Under the pieces are notes generated by a model. That model saw only the letters and a list, made by a program, of their open reading frames with translations, searched no databases and was not told where the DNA came from. Below are positions 12,258 to 22,679 of a DNA stretch of 64,000 nt, one piece after another. How positions within the stretch are numbered: position 1 is the first letter of the stretch; each line of letters opens with the position of its first letter. Source of the DNA: Eledone cirrhosa (Eukaryota); the NCBI GenBank assembly GCA_964016885.1, contig OZ024741.1, forward strand, positions 347,634,001-347,698,000, given 5' to 3'. A program made the position numbers and the translations under genes.

Positions 12258-14330
12258 ATTAGTAAAAATGAAAAGAAAATGCTGACAAATTTTTCCCAGT
12301 GAAAATAGTTTAATTAGGAATAAGTATAAATTAGTAATAAGTATTAATTAGTATTCAGTTTTAGTTTTAAGTTTTTATCGGTTGCACATTTCTTATGCTT
12401 TTCAAAAATAATTTTGAGTTAGAGTGCTCGTGATTTTTGCTCTAATCTTATCAGTTTTGGAAATTCTTCCTGTTTTATGTGAAAAAAGTGGCTTGGGAGG
12501 TATTAAGATTTGGTTGGTTGTTGAATGTCATGTGAATAAGCACTATGAATTTCGCGCCAATTCGTGTTGCAAGAATTCTTTTAGTCAAAACAATTTTGAT
12601 TGGTCGGTAGAAGTCACGTGAATGTCTAAATTGATTTTAGCGCGAACTGGTTTCGCGCCAAATGTAGGTTTGTCGAAGAGTGTCCTTTTCCGCTTGATTG
12701 AGTTGCAGTCATGTTGAGAGGTCAACATTTCAGGTGTCTATTAAGACAAATATGTGTGTGCGTCTGTGTGTGTGTGTCTGTCTGTATGTTAGTGTTCGCG
12801 TGTGCATGCGTATGTGTATGGGTGTGAGAGTGGATGGACCAGTATGTTTGTGGTACTGGTAAAAATGGCATACATGATTCGATATTTTCAGTCATTTGCA
12901 AAAACGAATCTCTCAAAAGAAGATCACTAACATCAATAATAAAGGAGGTGAACTGATGTATAGTGTTGCCATAACAACAAGACGTGTGTGAGTCCAGATT
13001 GTACGTACTGCAAGGGGAATTCATTAGGCCCTGCCGTATGGGATACTTGTGTACAAATATGTATGCACCCATCAATGTGCAATACATGTGTGCGTATGTG
13101 TATGTGTGCGTGTCGGCACGTGTATAAACATCAAAAGGTATTCGAATTTGTGCATATTCCTGTTGCACCATAGAACATGTGTGATTACGTATGCCACTGT
13201 GTTTATTTGTGGATAGATATGTATGTAGGAGGTATTCTGATGTAGATATGTATGTCAACGTGTGTATGTTGTGGGCTCGTCTTAGGATGAAGTGTTTAGA
13301 CGGAGTCCGTAATTGTCCGTATTTGCGCTGGGTGTGGGTAGCATTATCTTTACATTTGTAGAGGGGAAAGATTCTAAAGTTGGGGTGATTTGGGGCAGCA
13401 CAGCTATCAATGTGTTCACTCAGTCCTATTTTTCTGTATTCCCGTATTTTGATTTTCATCATGGACAGTCATGCGTTGGCGGAGGCTGTTTTTAGTCTGG
13501 CCTATGTCTTGTTCTCGACAACCTGAGCAAGTTAATACATATATTATGTTTTCTGATGCGCATGTGAAATTGTGTTTTACTATAAAACGTTGTCCTTGTT
13601 TGAAATATAATTCCGAACCCTCTATTAAGTTGATGCATATACCACAGTTGGGTCTATCGTATTTTTTTACTGTGGGTTTCGTTGTTGTGGTTGGCAGAAC
13701 TTTGGCATGGGTTAGGATGTTTTTCATTGACTTAGATTGTCTTTTGCTCTTTATGATATGGTGTGTTCGAAGGATTTGGTTCATTCTATGGTCCTTTTTT
13801 TAATAAAGGGATGTTCTGGAGGATGGTGTCAAAGTCCTCATTGTTGACAGGGCTGTGTGTGGAGATGTATGGAAGAGCTTTTAGTTTCGGTTGATTAACT
13901 TTAGGGTGTCTAAGGTCCTGGGTCCTGAGTTTTAGGGCACGTTGGATTCCATTGTCAATTAGTGATGCAGGGTAGTCCATGCTTTTGAGTGTGTCGTTTA
14001 GTTCTTGTAGACGTAAGTAACAGGTGTTTTTATTGGGAACTATACTACAGATTCTCTTGGCTAAGTTGTAGGGAATGTTACTTTTAACGTGTCTAGGGTG
14101 GCATGAATTGAAAGGGAGATATTGCTTGGAGTCTGTGGGCTTGTAGTACATGTCTGTTTCTGTATTTTTTTTATGAATCTTAATGAGGATGTCGAGGAAG
14201 GGGAGTTGTTGATGACTGTATTCCATTGTAAAATTAATATTCGTGTTGAGCCCATTTATATGGGTGTGAAATTCTTTAAGCTTCTCGATATTTTCCTGCC
14301 AAAGGATGAAGCAGTCATCTAGATATCTTT
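12258..14330 (-). mobile_element. Penelope-like element (Neptune-type), 5'-truncated
   Basis: RYLDDCF and LPFLDILI RT/thumb motifs; DRPNCGIC linker; IIYVLTCSGC...IGQT GIY-YIG. Close copy of 27960-29420. Flanked by (TA)n. Confidence 0.9.
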
Positions 14331-14336
14331 ACGGGT

Positions 14337-14394
<58 letters not shown>

Positions 14395-15045
14395 GTATGT
14401 TTGTATGTATATGTGTGTGCGAGTCTATATATAATACATTAATGCAATTTGCAATACAATAGTATATAACCTTATATTAATAAATTGTCTTATATTCTAT
14501 GTATAGATATATGATGTTCTCGTGATATAAATCCTATATTAAACATTGATAATCTTTTACAGAAATCGTATGACTAGTTTACCACACATGGTGTTGAACA
14601 TTGTCAGAATAAATGAAAAATGATTATCATAAAAGTGGATATATTCTATTATCCGCTAGGTAGAAATCGTTAAATTATTGACAATACAAATACAATGATC
14701 GTCTATCAATGAACATTGTGGCCTGGAGCTAAATAAGTTACGTAGGCACATATAACGTATAGCAAAGCTTTTCCCATATTATTAGGCTCTAAATTTCTTT
14801 TATCTTCAATAAAAGATCAGTGTCATGTTATTAAGTACGTGTCTGGGGATTTAGTTCAAATCGTAGGGTAGCTGTTTATTATGATAGTGGTGCTAGAAAA
14901 ATGTTCTGTTTCTCCATGTTTCCTCATCAACCACTGAGTGACCCTTTAATTCGAATCTAGATTTCCTGGTTACAATAGCTAAATCCCCTATCTTTCTCAT
15001 ATAGAATATAACATGTCAAAGTAGCCAACTATTCAATGATAATAA

Positions 15046-15229
15046 TTGTTTCTACTTTAGGCACAAGGCCAGCATTTATCCAGTGCATTACTGGTACTTT
15101 ATTTTATCGACCCCGTAAGGATGAAAGGCAAAGTCAACCTCGGCGGGATTTGAACTCAGATCGTAAAGGGACGTAACTATGCTGGAAAGCATGGCGTCCG
15201 ACCATCTACCGATACTGCCAATCCACCGC
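15046..15229 (-). mobile_element. tRNA-derived SINE with an approximately 22-bp TSD
   Basis: A and B boxes present; flanked by CCAA(C/A)TATTCAATGATAATAAT on both sides. Confidence 0.9.
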
Positions 15230-15251
15230 CCAAATATTCAATGATAATAAT

Positions 15252-15441
15252 AATAATTGTTTTATACATTTGGCACAAGACCAGCATTATCCCAGTGCAT
15301 TATTCGTACTTTATTTTATCGACCCCGTGAGGATGAAAGGCAAAGTTAACCTCGGTGATATTTGAACTCAGAGCATAAAGGGCCGTAACTCTATGATGCA
15401 AAGCATGGCATCCGACTTTCTACCGATACTGCCAATCCACC
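15252..15441 (-). mobile_element. tRNA-derived SINE
   Basis: Same family as 4952-5138. Confidence 0.9.
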
Positions 15442-15464
15442 TCCCTTGCCAATCCACCTAAAAA

Positions 15465-15800
15465 TAATAATAATAATTTCTTTATTAACCTCAAAGGGTT
15501 TACACCAAGAAAAACATTATGACAGTACAGAACGAAAACATATAGTGTATGTATATGTACGTGCGTGTGGTGGTGTGTTGGTTTTGCGTGTAAGCAAATT
15601 GTAAACATATTTTAAAAAATATAATAAAATTAAAACAACAAAAAATTTCTCAAAAGTTCGAGGGTCATTTGTGGAAAAAAACCCATCAAACCAGTGATGC
15701 CCTGTCCTAGTTTTACTCCACCAATCAACATGCTCAGAATCAACTTGCTTCTCTCACTCACACTTCAAAAAATTGCTGAGTGACACTTTAATTTGAAACT
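15465..15800 (-). mobile_element. Divergent Tx1-family 3' fragment
   Basis: TTTCTTTATTAACC..AAGGGTTTACA and CTTGCTTCTCTCAC resemble 2058-2360; follows (AAT)n. Confidence 0.65.
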
Positions 15801-15835
15801 TGATTTCCTGGTTACAATAGTAAAACTCTGGCAAA

Positions 15836-16024
15836 AGGTGGTGGATTGGCAGTATCGGTAGAGGCTCAGACGCCATGCTTTACAGCATAGCGTTACGGCC
15901 CTTTACAATCTGAGTTCAAATTCCGCCTTTAACTTTGCCTTTCATCCTTACGGGGTCTATAAAATAAAGTACCAGTAATGAATTGGAGTAATTGCTTGCC
16001 TTCTGCGAAAAGTAGAAACAATTG
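15836..16024 (+). mobile_element. tRNA-derived SINE
   Basis: GGTGGTGGATTGGCAGTATCGG ... GAGTTCAAATT ... AGAAACAATT. Confidence 0.9.
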
Positions 16025-16092
16025 TCATATAAAATATGAAGATTTCAAATTAGCCAATTATTCAATAGTAATAATAATAATAATAATAATAA

Positions 16093-16160
16093 TAGTTTCT
16101 ACATTTCGCACAAGGCCAGCATTTATCCCAGTGCATTACTGGTATTTATTTTATCGACCC
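16093..16160 (-). mobile_element. 5'-truncated SINE
   Basis: 3' part of the SINE family, between two (AAT)n tracts. Confidence 0.8.
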
Positions 16161-16166
16161 AATAAA

Positions 16167-16207
<41 letters not shown>

Positions 16208-16208
<1 letters not shown>

Positions 16209-16564
16209 CGTGCCTGATTGTGGATGTAGCCTGCCCATTCGATACGAGAGTGCAAGAGAAGGTGAGGGAGAAAATTAACCGATACCAGGACTTAAAGTGG
16301 GAGGTAAAAGGATTTGGAACTGCCGTGAAGTTAAAGTGGTCCCGATTGACATAGGCGTACTGGGTACTATCTCAAAAAGTTTCCAAGGATGGTTAAAGAA
16401 CATTGGTCCCGCCAGGCTTTTTGGAATACTTCAAAAGCCATGCTTGCTGAGAACAGCAAGAACCCTCCGATAAGTCCTGAATATCTGAGGCTGCAGGTAG
16501 TGGCTTGATATTCATTTCAACAAATTTAACTGTTAACTAACATCAATGATTGAGACTCAAAGAA
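16208..16564 (+). mobile_element. 3' fragment of a second RLE (R4-like) LINE family
   Basis: Manual translation gives IVDVACPFDTRV..K.REKINRYQDLKWEVKRIW...VVPIDIGVLG; preceded by (AAT)n. Confidence 0.75.
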
Positions 16565-19500
16565 CAATAATAATAATAACAATAATAATAATAATAATGA
16601 CAATAATAATGATTTCTTTATTAACCACAAGGGTTTACATAAAGTAGACATTAAGGACAGTGCAGGACAATACAGGACGGTACTAATGGGCATTTCTGCG
16701 TGTAAAATACAAAAACAGAGGATGTAACAAAAAAATAACAATGAAAAATTCCGCAATAGGGGGGAGACTTCGGAGAGACATTTGTGGAGAAAGCCCAGTA
16801 AAAGGCCACAGTGACCCTGACCACCAAGGCAAGTGCCCTCTCCCAGTTTTCCACCTTTAATTTAGAGATACGTACTCAGAGTAGGCCCATTCACTCGGGC
16901 CATTCTTGCTTCTCTCACCCATCTTTCAACAAAATACTGGGAAGAGAGCACTTCCCTTTCTACTCTGATTTTCCTTTTCAAATGAAATTTGAAAATGTCA
17001 ATCAGGGCATCGCCGAAGAGGTAAGTGCTCGTCTTCAGCCCTTTCAAACGTGTCAACCATACTATCACTTTCGCCATTGCTACCAGACAGATAGAAACTG
17101 CCTGCTCTTCCCGGCTAAAGGAAGAGGGCGGGGCAATCCTCACGATGGACTCAGATGATAGCCGGATCCGTCCTAAACGCGACAGCAGGTGTTCGACATA
17201 AACCCACAAGTCAGCAATTTTCGGACACTGGACGAGTGCGTACAGGACGGTTTCCTCGCCCTGCGCACATCTCTGACATGCCCGGCTGACGGAAGCTCTG
17301 TGCCTGTAGAGTTTATCCCGAACTGGCAAGGCTCCTCGGTAGCACTGCCAGGCCAGAGATTTCTGGAAGTTGTCCATAGGTCCCGGCTCGAAAGTTCTTC
17401 CGAAGAGATTGGCTAGTTGATTTTCGTCGACGCCTAGAGTTTCCCCAATACGCCGTCGCTCTTCCCCTCCACTAATCCTCTAGAACGCCAAAGTGGAGTT
17501 TCCGCCGATCACATTGCCCGATTGGTCGAGGGCTGAGAGCGCCTGAAGACATTCCAGTCTCCAGGCGCACCCTCTCGGTCTTCGCTTGACCCAGGACTGC
17601 AGCTCCGTCAAGGAAACGAGCTGGGGAAATACGTGTCTAGCAAACGGCGACCACACCTGATCACCGTCGAGGAAGAGGTGGAGATATCGTAGCCTGAGCG
17701 CGTATCTGTGCATCATCAGCCACGGCATTCCCAGCCCTCCACGTAGCGGGTGTTGACAGCAGATGGACCGCCTGACCATCGGAGCGCTCCGTTCCACAAA
17801 AAGCGAAAGAGCAAACGCTCCAGCGCAGTCAGGTGGGGCTTAGGACAAGGTACGACGGTCAGGCGGTAGCAGATGACAGACGCGATGTACGCGTTAGCCA
17901 CTCCGCTCGACCTTTCAGGGATAGCTTCCTCTCCGCCCATTGCTGGGTGAGAGAAGCCACCCTTCTTGTCACCTCGTCCCAGTTTTTGTCCGTCTGTAGA
18001 TCCGGAACGGACCAGAACCCGAGCAATTTAACTGGTCTGTCCGTCCAGCGCCCGACGACGCTGTTGGACGGCATGGACCTGCCTCTCTAGTTGCCGAGCT
18101 GCAGGCCCACTGACTTTTCCTGGTCGATCATTGCTCCTGTCACAGCTTCGTATTTTCTTAGTGTCGATCACCTCGATCTGTTTGGCGTTCGACACCACTA
18201 CGGTGACATCGTCCGCATATGCTGACACGGATCTTCCGCATCCTAGTTCGCGCGGGCCCCAACTCAACATCTCCAGTTTGTGCAGTAATGGCTCGAGAGT
18301 CAATACGTACAAGAGGGACGAGAGGGGACATCCTTGGCGGACCGAGCGCATGATGTTGAACGGTTCCGAAAGGTGACTGTTCACTCTCACCGCACAGCAG
18401 ATGTCGCTGTGCATGGCAGCGATCCGGCCTCTGAAAACGGGCCCAAAGCCAGCCGCCGTCAGGACTGCGGCTAGGTAACGATGATCGACCCTATCGAAAG
18501 CTTTCGACTGATCTAAATTGACCAAGGACCCACTCGTGCCAGGTTCCCTAGCTACCCTCACTATGATGTATCGCATGAGGTGGAGGTTGTCGTGGATGGA
18601 TATGTCGGGAATGGCGCATGTCTGCGCCTCTCCCACCAGACCACCAACGACAAGCGCCAACCTCTTTGCTAGCACATTGGCCATAATCTTGAACTCTGTG
18701 TTTAGCAGAGTTATGGACCTGAAATTATCTATGTTATCCCCCTTGTTCGGATCCGTTCTCAGCAGCGCCATAGCTCCTCGGCTCACAGAGCTGGGAATTC
18801 TCCCGTTCTATTGCCAGTTGCAGTAGACGTCCGCACAGGGGCCTCCGAACAAGTCTGGCATCTGTACATATAATTCATAGGGCAGACCATCCAAACCAGG
18901 CGATTTACCCCTTGTGCAGCCAGTCATTGCACCCTCCTGCCCTATCAGCTAATCCCACACAGTCCCAGCCTACATCTAAGATCCCGTTCCAGTCGCCCAC
19001 TAACACTAAAAAGCGGGACGTTCCAAGAAAGGTCTCCAGACGCCGGAAGAAATCAGGCCGCTCAGTTCCTGTCGGGGTATAGACGGCCACTAGCCTGAAA
19101 GCTTGCCCGTCTCTACTGTTCACATCCAGCACCACCAACTTACCTTCTGGGTCCAGGAAGATGGCCCGTATAGCGAAATCCAAACCACTCCGAAAAAGCA
19201 CACCAAATTCTCCCCCCCCGATCCCGGACGGCCGGGACATGCGTACACATCGTAGCCGCCGAAGATCGGTGCGAAGGCCCGTACTTCGGAGATTCTGGTC
19301 TCGCTGATGGCCACTACATCTATGTTTAGTGACCTGAGGTCGTTGAGCAGGTGGCCCTGCTTCCATGACGACCCCAAGCCACGCGCATTTATCCTGCCTA
19401 TTCTGAGTGAGGTCATGTTGAAATGGATTGGAAAAGATGGGAAAAACCACTTACCTTACCTCTCGTAGAGGAAGGATGGTTTGTCCATCCTTTTCACTGC

Positions 19501-21595
19501 TTGTGGCCTCCTCAGGAAGGATGTCCTTATAAATTCTCCTGGAGAGTGTTTGTCGGAAGACTCCGATGTCTTTGGGGAATTTTTGTTTTAGTGTCGTGTA
19601 CGTTTTCTGTGTGATGCGAGTGATCTGTATGTGTAGAGGTGGTGTGAACTTTTGGGTTGTTGTGTAGTCTTTTTCTGTGATGCTGGTGTTATGTTGCATG
19701 TAGTGTAATAATTGGTTGTTCGAATTTAATGCTGTGTAGTGTGTATCGTTTTGGTTGTTTTGTTTTGTTTGCGTTTGTTGTGGGTTTGTTTCTGTTACGC
19801 TTTTTGGTGACTTTTGTGATGTTGGTAATGGTGGTGTTGGGGTTAATGATGGTGATGGTATGGTGTTTCGGTTGATGGGGTTGGTGATGCTGGTGTGGAT
19901 GGTGGCATATCTGTCTTAACTTTCTTGTTCGATAATTTATTTGTTTCCCTCTGTATTTTGTTTTTTGAAAAGGAAGAGAGAGAATTTTTTCTTTTTTGGT
20001 TTCTTTTTTTATTCTTTTTTCTGATACCGTTTCCCACTCCTCGTCGTCACAATCTGTCTCCAGTTGCGATAAGCCGGGGAGTGGAAAATCATCCACAGGC
20101 GTTGGTTTTTGTTGTGGCGTGGTGGATGGTGTAGGCGCTGGTGCTAGTTCTGGGGCGTTGGGTGGTGGTTGTGTTGGTTTTGCTACTGTTTCTGTGGTTG
20201 TTGCTGTTACAGTTGCTTCTGTTGTTGCTGCTACAGTTGTTGCTGCTATTTCTACTGCTGGTGCTGTTAATGGTTGAGTCACTGGGGTGGGTAAGAGAGG
20301 TGGCCTCAACCTTTTATCCTGAGGACAGAAAGCCCTTAGGTGGGTTCCTTCACCCCAACGACACACCTAGGTCTTCTGCACTCGACTATTACGGTGAGGT
20401 GGCTGCCCTCAGTTAGGTCTATTACCTCTGGGATCTCCTCAATGCTTTTATCGTCCGCTTGGATCAGGAGCTCCATCCCAGATCCGGACCAGTTCTCCTG
20501 CTTTTTTTTGCTATTTCTATTATTTTGGTGTTGGCTTCGATGCCGGCGAGGACGGCAGCCATTAGCTAGGGAATTTCGATGGCCGCTGGAACGTGGGTCA
20601 CCCTGATCTTCACAAGTCTCTGGCCACAATAGCTTGGGATGGGTGTGAAGTCGTCACTTCTTAATGGGGCCATGGAGTGTTCTCTGGCCTCCTGTGGTGT
20701 TTCAAAGAATACGTCCACGGTTCTATACTTCTGCCCACGTCTGATGTAGGTTTTTTTTTTACCACACATGTCCCAAAGCTTTTTGGATTTGGGACTCAGT
20801 GGCCGTCCACTCGGCGCGATTTTATGTTTATTGTCCGATAAGACACGGTGCATAGGCGACGTTGCTCCATTGTATTAGGTGGAGGAAGGTGAGGCGGACC
20901 CTGTTCCCATCTTTCTTTACCATTTCTTTGGATTCGTCTCATTCTTCCTGAGTTACCTGGATCGCTTCGCACGTTTTTGCTACTCTGGCAAAACTCAGGG
21001 TAGTTTTCTTAATTTCATTGTTGCTGTTGTTGTTACCGTTATTTTTGCTATTGTTAATTTTAGTTTCAGTTGTGGTGGTGGTGGCGTCAGTGGTGTTCGG
21101 TGTGGAAGAGTTCATTTTGATTGAATTATTTTCGATATCATGAGTTAATTTATTTTTTTCTTTTGTTTCTGTTGTCGCTGTGGTGATGGTGGGGTGGTGG
21201 TGGTGGTGGCTTTAACACCTGCACTCATTGGTAATGGCGGGAAATGAACGTCTGCCTAAGACACATTTAAAATAGTGCTACTGCTTACAATTCCAGTGTT
21301 GGCAAACGTAGTAATATTTACAATGGTGGTGTCGGTGTGAGGTGTTGGATTGTGAGGAAGGACGGACACTGAGTAATCCATTATTTTTCTAAAAAAATGT
21401 TTGTTTGATAATTATAAAAAGTTTAAATTTTGGGCTCAAGGCCCCAATATTTTTGAGTGTCCTTTTCAGAAATCAATGTTTGTGCACTTATATAGAGTTA
21501 ACAATAAAAATTTTCCATGAATGGCAATTTTAAATAACTGAAAATAACAAACCTTTGCGGAGCTCACGATGATACGATTTACTACGTAGGTCGCC
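16565..21595 (-). mobile_element. Tx1/L1-type LINE copy D, full span with an internal deletion of the EN C-terminus and linker at about 18930
   Basis: ORF1 ATG at 21381; ORF2 ATG at 19416; RT motifs FRSITLLN, LDQSKAFDRVDH, SVRQGCPLS and AYADDV; C-terminal CQRC..H...C; (AAT)n at both ends. Confidence 0.92.
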
Positions 21596-22483
21596 AATAA
21601 TAATAATAATAATAATAATAATAAGAAGAAGAAGAAGAAGAAATGCTCTTCGATATCGGAACTGATCTCTATACAATCAATAAGAAAGAATCGCCGTTAT
21701 ATTAATGTTAGATGTGGCATAATATAAAAGCTTAAAAGTGTATTGACAATAAGACGCAAATGATGGTGGTGGTGATGATGAGGATGGTGATGGTAGTGAT
21801 GATGGTGTTGATGATGATGATCACGAGGAGGAGGAGGATGATGAAAGCGACTACGATGACACAGATGTTGGTGATTTTTTATGACGATGAAGAAGTAGGT
21901 GATGCTGCTGCTGTTGATGACGAAGAAAACGATAACAAGATTGGTAATAATTATGGTTTTGAATTAGGTGCTAATCGAAATGATGATGATGATGATTATA
22001 GTGATTAGGATATATATTGTTTTATACTATGTGTTAACTGCCTCGTTTTTATATATACTTTTTGAAAATCTCACTGTGGTGTTAAAATATTCATGCCATG
22101 TTCTTATCTTTTAAGATTCAATTTCACTTTTATTTTATACATTATCCAAATTTTTTCAGCTTTTACCGCTATTACATATATTTTATTTCAACGTCTTTGT
22201 TTTTTTATATTTTAACTTTCTTTCAATAAGTTTTAGCGGTTATGTAGATTTTATTAATTATTCATAATGTAACATAACGATATTTATTACTTTGCAACAG
22301 TTTAGGCTAATAAATCTAAGATAATGACGATAGGGAAGTTGGAGGGGGAGGAGGCAATGGAGTAATGGAAACAGGAGAAGCACATAAGTTTCGAGATTCA
22401 GATGTTCATATAGCTGGTTATCATAATTATTATTATTGTTGTCGTTGTTATTGTTGTTATTATTATTATTATGTAACAGAATA

Positions 22484-22679
22484 CGGTGGTGGATTGGCAG
22501 TATCGGTAGAGGGTCTGACGCCATGCTTTGCAGCAAAGAGTTACGGCCCTTTATCGACTGAGTTCAAATCCCGCCGAGGTTAACTTTATCTTTCATCCTT
22601 ACGGGGTCGATAAAATAAAGTACCAGTAATGTACTGGTTGATTGCTGGCCTTGTGCCAAAAGTAGAAACAATTATTATT
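22484..22679 (+). mobile_element. tRNA-derived SINE, full length
   Basis: A box at 22495-22506, B box at 22560-22571, TTATTATT tail. Confidence 0.9.

Noticed and set aside
12722-13462. 246-aa minus-strand ORF
   Set aside because: A deletion-induced frameshift at the PLE C-terminus reads through into the 3' UTR.
22484-22580. tRNA gene
   Set aside because: The A and B boxes belong to the multi-copy SINE head; the spacing is too long and no cloverleaf forms.
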